A stretch of 64,000 nucleotides of DNA from contig OX597820.1 in assembly GCA_951406725.2 (NCBI GenBank), positions 71,796,001-71,860,000 on the forward strand, read 5' to 3'. Origin of the DNA: Octopus vulgaris (taxonomy: Eukaryota). Positions 34,488 to 48,706 of the stretch are shown one piece after another (the stretch's first letter is position 1; every line of letters starts with the position of its first letter). Under the pieces are notes generated by a model. The model was not told the origin of the DNA. It did not search any database and worked only from the letters and a program-made list of their open reading frames with translations. The translations under genes were made by a program, and so were the position numbers.

Positions 34488-37323
34488 GTAACATTTATCT
34501 TCTTATCCTTTTGACATTATCTCACATTAAATTACCTGAAGAAGTCTGTTTCGCCTACATAAACAAATGTGTTCCATAATCACTATTAATCCTCAGTTTA
34601 TAATGCAATAGTGGAGGAGAATTACAAAGAAAACATTTCTGAATAAGAAATTGCACTTTTTGTGCATCTGTTACAGTTGGTTAATAGTTTGATAGAATAC
34701 AATACAGTCTATTGCTATAAAAACTAATTATACAATGTAAGAAAATCAAAAGCAATTTACAAATCGTTAGTAAGAACTGTTGATATGGGAGAAAATAAAA
34801 ACCTTGTGATGATAAATATATTTGTATTTCTTAAACCAACCAAATACAATGAAACTAACTATGATATGCTTGCTCAGATGCAAAGATAAGGAAGCAAGAT
34901 ATCATTAATTCTCTATGGACAAAGAGTATTTTCAATTATTGTTTTAATAAGCAATAACCTTACCCCCAGATAACCTTTATGGAGAAGTGGATGAAAATAG
35001 GATGTAAGATGTAAACATAAAATATTTATATGCAAAAATTGTTTCTAACATTTACTATACATTTACATTCACCATTAATAATACAAGATGATGGGAGTTT
35101 GCTTGGTATAATAATAAAAAAGAAATTCTGTAGCTGTTACTAGGCTAAGCAGAAAAAACTTTTAGCCTTAAGTGTTGATGTTTATAACGAGATTCTCAGT
35201 CTTATTTAGAAACAAATACCTCATTTGAATATCAAATGTTAGCAGACATACTATTAAAATAAAATTGCATTACTCTAAATCATCATCATTTTCCTTAGCA
35301 GCCATTGCAGACATTTATCTGGCTAGCTTCAGTCTATGAGTTTGATACTCTTTCATGGAAAGCAAATACCTGTTGTATATCTATTCAACTGAGGTATGCT
35401 TGCTTTCAACAAAGAGATATATTAAGACAGTAAAATATTTTATAATAGGTACTATTAACTTGTGACTTGATAATGCAATCCTGGCAACTTACAGACAGAA
35501 AAATGGTGATTATTAAAGTTATATAATCTCCCACTGTAGCAAACCACCTTAGGGAAATAAAGATTTATTTTGCTTTTAAGCATCTTCCCATAACTTCATG
35601 GCAGCAATTTCGTTATTGTAAGAGGACATTTTAATTGTCATAGATAATGATATTGATTTTCCAGTATACACAATAGTGTGGGAGTTGAAGCAGAATTAGA
35701 AATGAAAGAACTTTGAACAATTTCTACTGAGGTTTAAATTCCTCTAACATAAACCACTGATCTTAGGACACTGCACTGATGATACTAGAGAGGCTGGGTA
35801 AAGAAATAAATGAAAATTAAGGAAGTTCGGTTGTGGTATTATTGAATGGCTGTCGGTGACATTTAGTTAATTAAAAGATCATTGGTGTGCAATATTTCAA
35901 GCTTATGAGTTTGAAGCCAAAGAAATAATGTCAGGTTATAACAACAACAAAATAAAAAATAGAAAAAGAATTACTACTAATAGAGAAGAATTGTGTAGTA
36001 AAGCAAGAAATATAATTGATTCTATATAGTTTGATATGTTTTTTTTTCTTCTCCTGAAAATGCAAGCTTACCATGACTAGGATAGCTGTCTTTCTGAAAC
36101 ACTGCGAACATGACATTTGCTCAAGTTTTGATGTTATTAAAGACATAATGTGGAAATAAGGTGTGTATTTGTCACTATAGTAGCATTAATATATAAGGAT
36201 TATCAAAGTTAAGTTGATATTATCAACTGATACATCTCATGCAGAAAACTTAGACAACTGGCATATGTTTATATACAGTATGAAGGTAACGAGCTGGCAG
36301 AATAATTAGAGTGTCTGACAAAAGTCTTAGTGGCATTTCTTCCAGTTTTTTTACATTTTGAATCGAAATGTCATTGAGGTTGACTTTGCTTTTCACCCTT
36401 TCAGGGTCAATGAAATTAAAACCAGTTGAGCACTGGGGTTGATGTAATTCACTAACCCCTTCCCCCTAAAACTACTAGTTTTGTACTGAAATTAGAAAGG
36501 ATAAATATGCAGGGCTCACTTATGTATCATGCATGTCACTAATTGCAGACAATGATATTCCTGAATTGCTGCCTAAAATACTTTTAAAAAGTTTACAAAT
36601 CCTAAATGAAACAAAGTTATTTTGAAAGTGACTTTTGAACTTTATTGTAATGTCAACATGGGAGAAATCCTGTGATTTTGACAATCATTGTGTACTTATG
36701 TTAGTTTATGCCTGATTTTACTCTTCAATGCATACATGAGATATACATGATCATATTCTCATGAGAATAAATATATATCATTTAAGTATATATTTTTATG
36801 TGATTTAAATATATATAAAATATATATAATTTATATATAATATATTGTTTTATAAAAAATCCCTTTTCAGATTTTTTTGTTTTTAAACATTCTGGTTTGG
36901 TACATGTTTTTAATATTTTTTCTTTTAGTTGTGTCATATATAATGTTTAGTACAGTACTAATATTGTTTAATGAAATAAAAAGAAATATTTCAAATAAAA
37001 TATATATAAAGGATTTTAACATTATTCTAATATATATATATGAGTGTGACAATGTCAGTGCCACCTGATTAGCACCTGTGCCAATGACATGTAAAAAGCA
37101 TCATTTGAGCATGGCCGATGCCAGTACTGCTTAACTAGCTCCTGTGCTGGTGGCATTTAAAAAGCACCCACTACACTCTTGGAATGGTTGGCATTAGAAA
37201 GGGCATCCAGGTCAAAATCAGATTGAAGCCTGATGCAGCCTCCTGGCTTGCCAGTTCTCAGTTAAACTGTCCAACCCATGCCAGCATAGAAAGCAGACAT
37301 TAAACAACAATGATGATGATGTT

Positions 37324-37368
<45 letters not shown>

Positions 37369-40300
37369 ATATATATATATATATACATTAAGCAATATAT
37401 TGTAGGTGAGTCATGTTATTACCTATTATAGAGGATTATTGAAACATAAATATAATTTTAAGAGGCATATATTCATACATACAGACCAAGGTATGTACAA
37501 GTGTATAAACAGAAATGAAGAACATTTAGTATTTTTACTATTTCTATTTCCATTTTATAGTTTATTTCTGAATCATTTGGATGTGTTGGTAAAATAGGAA
37601 ACAACCTTAGTCAATATTATCTCTGAAATACATATACTTATGAAATGTAATATATATTTAATATATTACTATCAGTATATTATAGTGATTGAAAGTCCTT
37701 GATACATTATTATAGTGATTTCAAGTCTTGGTGCCATATCACTTATATTGGTCAATATATGATGTGTAACTCATTGCTACCATTAGTTTGCAAGGACAAT
37801 AAATATGACTTCTTGTTATGCCGGCCTGAATCTGGCCATACAGTTGGCATTGGAAAATCAGTAACATTTAGTTCTTGCATTTCATGTGCACTTCTAAATT
37901 TTAGGTTTAAAAGTCACATTTTAGGTTTGAAAAGTGCATATTATATACAAAGAATATGATAATTGTGTATTCAGTGTTCTTAGCTGATTTACTTTGCTTC
38001 TTGAACTTGGAATCCTTACAATAAAATTCAAACCTAAATTCCATTTGTAGCTATAATTTTCAGAGAAATCTTTTGATTTCCTCAAATCTCTATGAACTTT
38101 GAAAGAAAACAATTTAGCACTCTGGAATAATTATCGTTAGAGTTTTAAATTAATTACTTTCATTTCATAGTGAGCATGCTATTAATAGTAAAGATTTAAA
38201 TGAGGTTGATTTCCTTGAAATTTGTTTCACACTATCAATAAGTTTGATTTAATTATTGTTTTGAAATATTCATATAATCACAATTTTTTTATAGTACTCT
38301 AAATAAACAGGAAATGGGAACAAACCAGACCAGATCGTATGTTTTTATTTTTAAATGCAAACTTTTTTGGTAAGATTTTGTATCTGTTGCTTAAATGAGT
38401 ACTATTAAGTGCAGATGACTGACTTACTTTAGTTATAGAGAAAAGTGGAATAATACAGTCCACTTTACTGGGATCTATAAATCTTAGACTTTTGAAGGAA
38501 TCACTGAGAGAAAAAGGAATTGACAAATATTGGTTGGCTGGTTTTTTTTAAATGTTGTCAAGAAAGGGAAAGCCAAATAGTAGATGGATATTAATTGCTG
38601 AATTCTATAGAATGTCAGTGGTAGAAGGTAATGTAAGAAACACTTAAGATATGAACGACCCAATGACTATTTCTTTGGACTTTTTTGTGCAATAAAATCT
38701 GTCATTGGGTAGCCTGTTGATTGCAGCAGGTTGTTAAATGTAGAAAAGTCACATCTGACGATTTTGTACACCTCACTTGGTTTAATGTACTTAGGTCATT
38801 GTTGCTGACTTTTGTCCATCTAAGGAATAGATGGAAATTTCTTCACTTCATTCTCTGTTCCTTTCAATCCCATCTCTCCCTCTCATTCCTTCCCTCACAT
38901 TCCTTTTCTCTTCATTCCTACCCCTTCATTATGCTGGCACATTGTATATAACGACTGTGCAGGTCTATTTGTAAGTGGCAGTCCTTGTATCCACCAAAGA
39001 TGCTGACAGTATTCAACATTATCAAGTAATGCTTTAGTGAAATGTTGAGAGCAGGGTTAGGTAGGTGAAACACAATAAGAGTAATCAAAGCAGGAGAGAG
39101 TATGTAGATTATTAATTTAAAAAAAAGAAGAGGTAATTGTTGTAGCAATAGAAAAGACAGAAAGAAGATACAGCATGAATAGGAGTTAGAATTTGAAGCT
39201 TATTTTTTTATTGAATCAGTTAAGTAGCCTTTTCTGAATCTTGTTTGTGTTTGTAACTGTATCACTATTTGAGAGATATAAGCAGAAAGGAAGTTGGTGC
39301 TGTTTAAGTTGCACCAGAGTTCATAGATTTTAGTAGAGAGAAAGGAAAAATGTCTTGCAGATTTATTGTCATTGTGATCTGGTTTCATTGATTCATTTCA
39401 TTTAATGTAGTTTTGCTGTGTCATAAGAAAAAAGAAACCACAAGCTCCTGTTCTATGTACAACATGATGTCCACAGGCAGCTATTTTCCACCTGTATCCT
39501 CTTATAAACAGTAGCATTATGTAAGGATAAGTGTAGCCAGAAGCAACGCATAAAAAAATCCATAATATACTCAAAACTAAAGGTCTGATCCTTATGCTTA
39601 CAACAGAAGTAATTCCACAAAAACACATTTAAGGCTTAGGTTGTAATATGAAATAAGATGGTGAATTATGTCTGGCACATCCAAAAGTTTAAGAGTCATA
39701 GTGTCTAGACACCACAAGAGGGTTTCACTTACTAGATTCAGAAACTGCTCCTTGCAGATGATATGTGATTCAAAGTGACCCTTTGGTCATTTTGAAGATA
39801 ACTCCAAGGTGAGTTATCCTGCTGCAACTTCAGAAGTCACATCTCCTAAGCTATGGCATTTGCAAGCATGATGGATGATCAAAAGTTTAGAGGGCTACCA
39901 GGACAGTAAGTATTCAAACAGAAAGTTAGAGAAAACAAAAATCTTTGATTAATAAATTACTGGTCGAGTAAATAGTCTTTCGTTTCAATGCTACAGAGTA
40001 TATTGATAGATTTTAGCCAACACTATGTAAAAGATAAATGTAATCATCTTGTCATATGCAGAGTCTTGGGCTGTCGACACTTTTAGCTATCTAGATTTTA
40101 AAGGTTAGTCATTTAAGAAGTGAACACAACTGACAAAGACAATAGTCTTTGAGAAAATTAAAGTGAAACAAGTGGCGATGGGGATTCAGTTGTAGCAGTA
40201 TATATATTAGAACTATTTTATGCCAAAGAATAATAAGCAAGAAAAATAAAAGTAAATATGAATGAATTCAAGTACTATTAGTTTCACTACTACACTCACC

Positions 40301-41119
40301 AACATATTCAATCACTAACTCACAAATGTGTGGCTTCTCCCTCCTAGCTCTTCTAACTCCACTACATCAGCCTCAGCTCTTGTAAACTAATTAGCTACTT
40401 ACCTTCTCTACCAATAACCATCCTAACTATCTGCCTCTCCTCTCCCCATCACCCTTACAATACTTCATCTCTCAGACTTCACATGTCATTACTCCTCCCT
40501 AGTCATTACTCCTCAGAGTTATATAACCCTCTGGAATACCTACCCCCATTTATGTTCTCCTTGCAGCCATCAACCTATAGATGCTCAAACTGAGTATCAA
40601 CTAAATCTATTCCAACAAGCCTTGCAGGGACTGCAAAGGTCATGAGCACTGTCCCACCTCCCTTGAATAACTTAGCAAAAAACGTGATGGTGGTGGTGGC
40701 GATGGCAATGGTGGTGGTGGTGGTGGTGGTGGTGATGATGATGATAATGAGGAGGAGGAGGAGGAATTATTAACTAGAATATATTCACATGTATCATTAT
40801 TTTCATGTGTAAAGTGTTTCCAATTTATTATTTTGAAATTTAAATGTGAACTTCATTTTACTTGAAATTTTCTCAGTCTTAGTAAAAATAGAAAACGGCT
40901 GAGAGAAAGAGGGTGGAAGAAGGAGAAAGGAGAGGAAAATAAATACCAGAGAGAGAGAGATTAGGTAGTAAGTCAATTATTCCTAAGAGTATTTATATAT
41001 TATCTGGCTACATGTAAAAGTAAACTAACTTTACTAAAATTCTGATTATAAACATCTGCAACTTAAGACTTAAAGTGCTCACATATATTTACACCACACA
41101 CATGTGCATACATATAAGT

Positions 41120-41173
<54 letters not shown>

Positions 41174-42418
41174 ATACATACATATATATATATATATCAT
41201 ATATGTGTGTGCGTATGTATGTATGTTTGTATATATGACTTTACTGTGCATAAAGCAAATGTTTGCTGAAAGGCATTCATTTCATTTAACATGTCATAGA
41301 TTACCATAGCAGAACTGTTGTAACACAGTATTCCAATAAAAATATTTCTAATTTTAATTCCCATTAGTTATACAGTTTAGCACTAATCTTGATTTTGTAT
41401 TCGCTCAGTAATCATTCATTTACAGATTGTTTAGACTATTTTATGTTTCGTTTTTTCCCTTGTTTGCTTGTTTGTTTATTTTGTATTCAATAGAAATTTT
41501 GCCACTTACACAGCATGAATTGTGTTTCTTGTGTTAGAAACTCTAGAAAGCAGTTTCTTTAGAAGAACAACATATTTTACATTTGACCCTAAAAGTCAAT
41601 GAAAATCATTGATTAAACAATCATAAGAAAATCAAGGACAACATTTTCTACAGAATGTTCTATATTGTATCAAAAGGCAGCGAGCATGCCAGACAAATTG
41701 CTTAGCAGCAGTTTTTCTGTCTTTTTACTCAGAGTTCAAATTCTGCCAAGATTGGCTTTGCCGTTCATCCTTTTGGGGGTCAATAAAATAGTACCAGTTA
41801 AGCCCCTGGGATTGATGTAATCGACTTACCCCCTCTGCTGAAATTGCTGGCCTTGGTTGACTTTTCTTTTCATCCTTTTGGGGACGAAAGTGACTAGCAT
41901 CCTCTCCCAAAATTTCAAGCTTTGTGCCTATAGAAGAAAGGTTTTATGATAAATTTGAAGTCAGTTGTTCATAGCATGAAAGTATATTTTGATACATAAA
42001 AAAGTTAGGTGTGACAGATAACTGAGTAATAATAATCTTCAACATGTGGTTCTATTGCTTCACAAATTTTATTAATTGAGAATGCTTTCTGTTAGACAGA
42101 AAAGAATTCTATGGATTTTCATAATTCAATATCAGATTTAAATTTCAGTGACATACAAAAATGAAATCTTTAGAGTAGATATTTTTTCTGTGGTGAATTT
42201 TCTTCTGAGTATTGAATATTCATTTCACAAATAACCTACTTATGTAATTTTAAATCAGTATAAATTAAATTACTTCCATTTTGCTTAAAAAGAACTGTTG
42301 CATTTTATTACATATGACAACTATTTTTAGTTCACGTTGAAAGTGTCTCATAACTCATTAAGTAATTTCACTTGGAAAGATTTGAAAAGATAAATATTTT
42401 TGAAATGTGATCACACAT

Positions 42419-42456
<38 letters not shown>

Positions 42457-44461
42457 ATACAGCTCAGTTATACTTGCAAAAATTAGTAGCTACCTCTCAG
42501 CAATAATTATCAAGTAATCACTGTAATTACAATAATTTCAAACTTGACCAATTTCATCTAAAATGAAAAGTTTTGAGAAACCAGCTAAATATTATAACTT
42601 GTGATATTCTCTGGTTGTTGGTGTTTTTATTTCAGTTATGTGCACTGTTGTACATACTTCTCTGCTAATGACAGATGCAACTAGCTAGAACTATGTAACC
42701 ATGCCAGCAAAAGAAATCAGATATTATAAAATTATACACATCTGTATGTATGAGCTTAAATATATATATGTATATTTATATCAGTTGTTATATATATGTG
42801 TGTGAATTTGTATATGTGTGTGTTATTTATGTTTAAAACAATTTTGAACCATCTGACCTTATATTTTATTATTCCACTACAACAGTTCAACAGCTTTCTG
42901 AAATGTATGTTTTGAGTTTTCTACACTTATTTTCATGGATTAGCTTCGAATCAAATGTTTATTTTCCTGATTTAAATGTATATTGGTTGTTGGTTCTACT
43001 TAACACTATTTGACATCAAATTCTGTTCAAGCACCAAATGTCAAAGGTGATGCAAGAGGCGATAGCTGTTATTAATCCTCATGTGTCATGTTATGCCTGT
43101 TGCCCATTTATTGATGACAGAATTTGTCCTTTGACATCTATCATGTACAATATGATGTTAGACACTACCTGTCAGAGTTGATTACTAAGCCAATATACAT
43201 TCAAATCAGGATGAGCAAGATAAACCCATGAATTTGGTTGTTGATGTACAATCAAAACTATTGTCCCATGAAAAGTTCCATTGCTCTCTACGAGTAAGAA
43301 ATATATCTTAAGCATTACATTACAGTCAACAGCTCAAGCTGTTTGGGCCTTCTATCATAGTTTATGGTTAGGAGTGAGCATGGCTGAAAACACCTTGTAT
43401 TGAAATAGTTGATCATCCCATGATTTCTCAGCTGTGTGCAAGCTAAGTATTGCATGAACTCTTATTTAAGCTACCATTTGGAGATATGATACTGAACAGA
43501 ACAGGAACCAGCATTGTTGTGACATTTATGATCGATGTATAAATATTTTATCATTACACAGGTATCCTAAAGAATCTATTCCTTTTCAAAAGTGACATTA
43601 TCTCTCTTTCAGTTGGTAAACCAGCTTCAAGATATTTTTGAAAATATTTTTGGGTTTTGCTAAGATCTAAAAATTACTAATACAATTTGTTTTTCTTTAA
43701 TTACAAAACCATGTTTGGTGCAACACAAAAGTTTTCCCAACAGAATTAATTCTTCTTCAATATGAGCGAGTATTCTTCATGAGTTAGAAATAGTTAGAAA
43801 TATATTTTAAGCTGGTGACTTTTGATTAAAGCAGCCTGAGCTATGGCTAAAGTCACAAATTAGGATGAATATTAAACATGGCTGAAGAGACCTTATATTC
43901 CTATGATTGCAAGGCTTTCTGCAATCTATGTAAATTTTAATCAGCTCTGAGGAAAAAGTGGAACACTGTTACATTTTTTTTAGATTGCATCTACATTACC
44001 CCCTGTGGAAGTTGATGATGATATTGCAACAACAGGAACTATGGGTAACATTTCCTGCTTCACATGGCTAAGCAAGTGGCAAACATAATGCCAACATTGC
44101 CTGATCTTTTTAAACATTTTGACAAACATATACTTCTTGGACCTTGTCTTCATCTTCTTAAGAGTTTTACTAACCATATTGAAATTAACCTCAGTGATAG
44201 TACCATTGTTAGTGTCCCACTATCTTAGTCATTTCTTAAACTTAACAACTTCTTATGGTGACCTATTTTTCTCATACTTCTTTTATTATAGCTGAAGGTA
44301 AGTTAGCAAACTGGCAACATTGTAAGTGTGTTGGGCAAAAATGCTTGTTCTGGCACTTTATGTTCTGAGTTCAAATACCACAGAGGTCATCTTTGTTTTT
44401 CATCTTTCAGGTTGATAAACTAAAGTACTGGGATTAATGGAACTGACTTATACTCCACCCC

Positions 44462-44691
44462 TTAACACTTAAAGTGCAACAGGCCATGATTGTGGCCTTC
44501 GGGCACAGGTCAACAGGCCAAGATCATGGCCCAGGTAGATGCATTTAATTTATAGGCATTTGTTGGGATCTAATGTCATTCGAATGCTCCGATACCCCTT
44601 AGAATCCAAGAGGACTAAACTTTTCAGATGATGTAAAACTTGCCACTATTATATACTGTGTAAGTGCAAATCCCAGCGCTTTATGGGTTAA
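44462..44691. mobile_element. TTAA-flanked MITE nested inside a SINE
   Basis: TTAA-cacttaaagtgc ... gcgctttatggg-TTAA. Internal tandem caacaggcca(t/a)gat..tggcc units. The host SINE (44297-44461) resumes at 44692. Confidence 0.75.
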
Positions 44692-45834
44692 CATTGTTGG
44701 CCTATTGATGTAGCAAAATCAGAAAGAATTATAACAGAAGTCAATTTAAGCCATGCCCTTTCTCACACACTTTTGATAGACACCTCGATTCTTTTACTCT
44801 GTCTTGCAATTCAGAATACTTCTTGCTTCTCAGCCTTCTGGTAGAACGTGAGTAAGCATTTTTTCTTTTGTTTCTTTCTTGATCGGATATTTTGTTTCTT
44901 GTCTACCCTCTTAATACCCCCTCGATGCCACCACCGCCATTACAATACTCCTCTCTTTTTATATCTATCATTTATCTTTTAAAGGTTTAACACATTGACT
45001 GCCTTGCTGAGACCTTGAACTCATCAGCCACTTACAATAGTTTGTCCCTTAGGAATCTTCACCTGTTCTCTTTGTCCTTGTTTTCTTTTTTTTATCTTCA
45101 CTTCTCCATTAAAATAAATGTCATGTAACATTATTTAAAAGTTTTGTCAGAAAGTGAGAACTGATTTTCTCCACCTTCTTCTCCTCCTAGTCTTTCATGT
45201 CAAAGTTATCTTACTCTTCAACCTGGTTCATAACCATTAATTTATGTCAATAGATATATTCCTAATCAAAGAAAGATTTGGTTTTCACATTATTTGCTTG
45301 TCTTGCTTTCTGTTATATACAAAATCAATTTCAGTCTCATACCCATCATCATCGTCGTCGTTATCATCATCACCACCACCACCACCATCATCATCATCTA
45401 ATATTTGCTTTCCATGCTGACATGGGTTGGACAGTTTCACAGGATCTGACAAGTCAGATAACTGCATCAGGCATCAGTGTCTACTTGGACATAATTTATA
45501 TTATGTGTTTACTTGGCATAGAGTCTACTTGGCATAGTTTGTATTATATTTTAATTTACTTGTTTCGGTCATCAGACTGTGACCATGCTGGAGCAGTGCA
45601 TTGAAGAATTTTAGTCAAATGAATCAACCCCATCATTTATTAAAGCCTGGTACTTATTCTATTGGCCTCTTTTGCCAAACTGCTGAGTTTGGAGATGTAA
45701 ATACACCACTGTTGGTTTTTAAACAGTGTTGGGGGACAAACACAGACACAAAGACATATACTCATAAAAATGTATATATATATAGTCTCATAAACATCAT
45801 CATACCCAAGTTTATATATAGTCTCATACCCAAG

Positions 45835-47395
45835 TCTCTATTTGGTAATTCTATCCCTGTTATGGACTGTACTTTGCCTGTTTTTAATTAGATTATTCTG
45901 CACTTCTTGAGTCCAAATTCCATTCCAGTATTAGTCCTAAAACAGTGGACCATGTTCACCAAAGAACTCACTTGTGTCTCATCCTTGCTTCAAATCATCC
46001 ATGAAGAGGAGGTGGTTGATTGTTTGGGATTTTCCCTTTAGTTGGTACCCCAGGTTCATTTTCCTAAGTACCAAGGTCAGGAGTATCGTGCAGACAACAA
46101 AAAGCAATGGGGACAAGCTTTTTCCGTAAGATGTCAGTTCAGTTTTCCACCCAACGATACTAGATTTGATCAATAAGTATCTGGACTGTTGCCATAGTAA
46201 TGGAGCTTAAGCATGCAGAGTAAAGCCACTTGGCACAGATTGGCATTGGACTCTGCTGTGCATCTGAACTAAGTTTACAACTTTGCTTGGAAGGAATGCG
46301 TGTAGTGTGTGATCATCACATTGACAATGACAGAGAAAGTTGTCATGGTAATACATGCTCAGAGACCTATGCAAAGTTGTAGAAAGTGTGTGGAGAGGAG
46401 TGTGTGAGCCATACACAAGTGTACAAGTGTTTCAGATGTTTCCAAGATGGCCAAAAAAATGTTGATAGTAACAAAAATTCTGGGAGACCAAAACCAGCAG
46501 AACTGAGAAAAACATTGCAGATGGAAACTGTCAAATCACCATCCATGAGTTATCAGAGGATGTTTAGATTAGTAACAGTTCAGTTCAGTCCATTATCACT
46601 GAAGATTTAGGTATGAGATGCATGTCTGCCAAGTTTTGTGCAAAAACTGCTTTCAGCTGACCAAAAAGGACACTTGGGATTCAGTAGCACAAGATCTCCT
46701 TGATTGTGTTGAGTATGATGAAAACTTTTTGAAAACTTTGTCTTGGCCTCTAAGCAGGTATCGCCAAGCTTTTGACAAAACTTGATGCAGATTCTCTGCT
46801 CAACACTCTCTGTCATGCTCAATGCAACAATCACACACAACACACGTTCCTTCCAAGCATTGCTGTAAACAGTGGAAGTGATCTAGAATGTTAAAACTTA
46901 GTGTGCATGCACAGCAGAGTTCAAGACCAACCTGTGCCAAGTGGCTTTACTCTGTGTGCTCTAGCTTCAATACTATGGCAACAGTCTGGATACATACTTC
47001 TCTTCAAGAAACACATTACACCCCTCACAATTCCAAACAGATCTCAGCACTTGATGATCCATGAACGTGGAATCATATCATAAGCTTTGTGATAGTCAGT
47101 CCAGGTCATTCCCAAATATGTTCTCCTTCATTTACAATCTTGCATAACCATTTTATCTATTAATAATTGATATTTGGTACCTCTGCATCTCCTTCTACAG
47201 CCTTTTTGTTCCATCGGTAATATATCGTTCTCATCAAGAAATTTATACAGTTCTTCTACAATTCCTCCTGACAGTAACTTCCACATTAATGGGAGGCAAG
47301 AAATTGGTCAGTAATAATCAGCAGCATTTCCCTTTGATGCATCCTTCAGGCACAACACCATCCTTTTGTCAACCAGTACAAGATTTCTTCTTCTC
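45835..47395 (-). mobile_element. R4/Dong-like (restriction-like endonuclease clade) non-LTR retrotransposon RT fragment, split by a mariner derivative
   Basis: Minus strand: [37 protein letters not shown] and WTDYHKAYDMIPRSWII (47000-47390); then SLSPLLFVVC...GYQLKGKSQTINHLLFMDDLK (45979-46130). Confidence 0.85.
46158..46999. mobile_element. Non-autonomous mariner derivative with two inverted 5' ends (long inverted arms about 46175-46385 and 46735-46993)
   Basis: gtatctggactgttgccatagt...agagtaaagccacttggcacag on the left and its reverse complement on the right. Transposase N-terminus MTESVEQRICIKFCQKLG on the minus strand and VYKCFRCFQDG...SGRP on the plus strand. Confidence 0.85.
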
Positions 47396-47504
47396 TGATT
47401 TCTTCCAAAACAGACTGGAACCTAGTGCAGCTCCCCAGCTTACCAGTTTTTAGTCAAACCATCCAACCTATGCCAGCATAGAAAACTGAGGACTGGTGAG
47501 CCCA

Positions 47505-47541
<37 letters not shown>

Positions 47542-47757
47542 AGGTTATGAGAGGTAATGGTTTCAAGAAGACCGAACGGTGTCAGGTAATGCTGAGTAAT
47601 TTGCTATGGACAAACTATGGTTAAGCTCCAGGTTCGATGATTATGCGATTGAGGAGTCCAACATAGGTCATATATTAGCATGCGTATATATAAACTAATT
47701 AACAGAATGAGATAAAAATCCAAGGCTGTGAAAGATTTCAGAGTATGTATGTATGTA

Positions 47758-47805
<48 letters not shown>

Positions 47806-48221
47806 TGGTTATGTTTGCAGGGCAGCAGAGTCAAACTCCTTTACATACCAAATGGGCCAACATCTGGTACAGAGGCACATACAGGAGTGGTGATGTGAAG
47901 CATCTCAGACTGAGGAAATCAGAAAGACCACGGTGGTGCTCCAGCATGACCACAGCCACATGGCTGAAACAACCAAAAGAATATATATATATATATTTTT
48001 TTTTTTGTAGATATGTGTGTGTGCATGTGTATGGATATATGTACATGTATAAATGTGTGAGTCTGTGTGTGTTTGTGTGGGTGTACGTGTAAACATGTAT
48101 AATGAACAAGACAAAAATTACTCAATGCTTCATGTAGAATATAAATTTTATTCAGCTGCTTCCTTTGCCATTGCTTCAACTTTCATGAATATTTGAACAT
48201 TCAGGATAGTCATCAGTCCAT

Positions 48222-48257
<36 letters not shown>

Positions 48258-48449
48258 GTACCATACTGCCAACAAAACATCTACCTTGAATGCAGTGAAT
48301 GTCAAAACACTGGATAAAAATGAACCAAACATGCCCTGATGGATGTATAATGTTAATACGCATGAACAAAAGAGTACAGGTGATTTGAGAGGTAAAAATG
48401 GATATAAATTATTGTTTACAAGAACCGAGCGAGTGCATTGTTGCATGTA

Positions 48450-48706
48450 CAAGAGGATGCTGAAAACTTTCTCACTTGGAGTAAAAGAAAACACAGGAGG
48501 AATAGTTATGATTTTATTCAACATATTTCCCTCATAGATTCACTCACTTATTGCAGTAGTCCTTCAGTTTTTCTAAGCCCTATAAAAGAACTTAGATGGT
48601 TGAACCTACAACCAGGCCTTTTGTGATAGATTTAAAGCCCTAGCTGAACCTTCAGCCGGGCCTTTCGCGATGCCCTTAAAGATAGGGACTTTTCAGTATA
48701 TCCTTG
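48450..48706. mobile_element. Tc1/mariner-type MITE (TA TSD)
   Basis: TA-caagaggatgctgaaaac ... acttttcagtatatccttg-TA. Homologous to 54898-55115. Confidence 0.8.

Noticed and set aside
34531-34580. CTGAAGA...AAAC..GTTC hammerhead-like string beside the SPO11 exon; similar weak cases near 1735-1780, 11450-11475 and 29432-29490
   Set aside because: Stem II or core nucleotides are missing; too degenerate to call.
44990-45060. LISHLQ*FVP..GI resembling a PLE GIY-YIG C-terminus
   Set aside because: Short, interrupted by stops and a frameshift; not enough to annotate.
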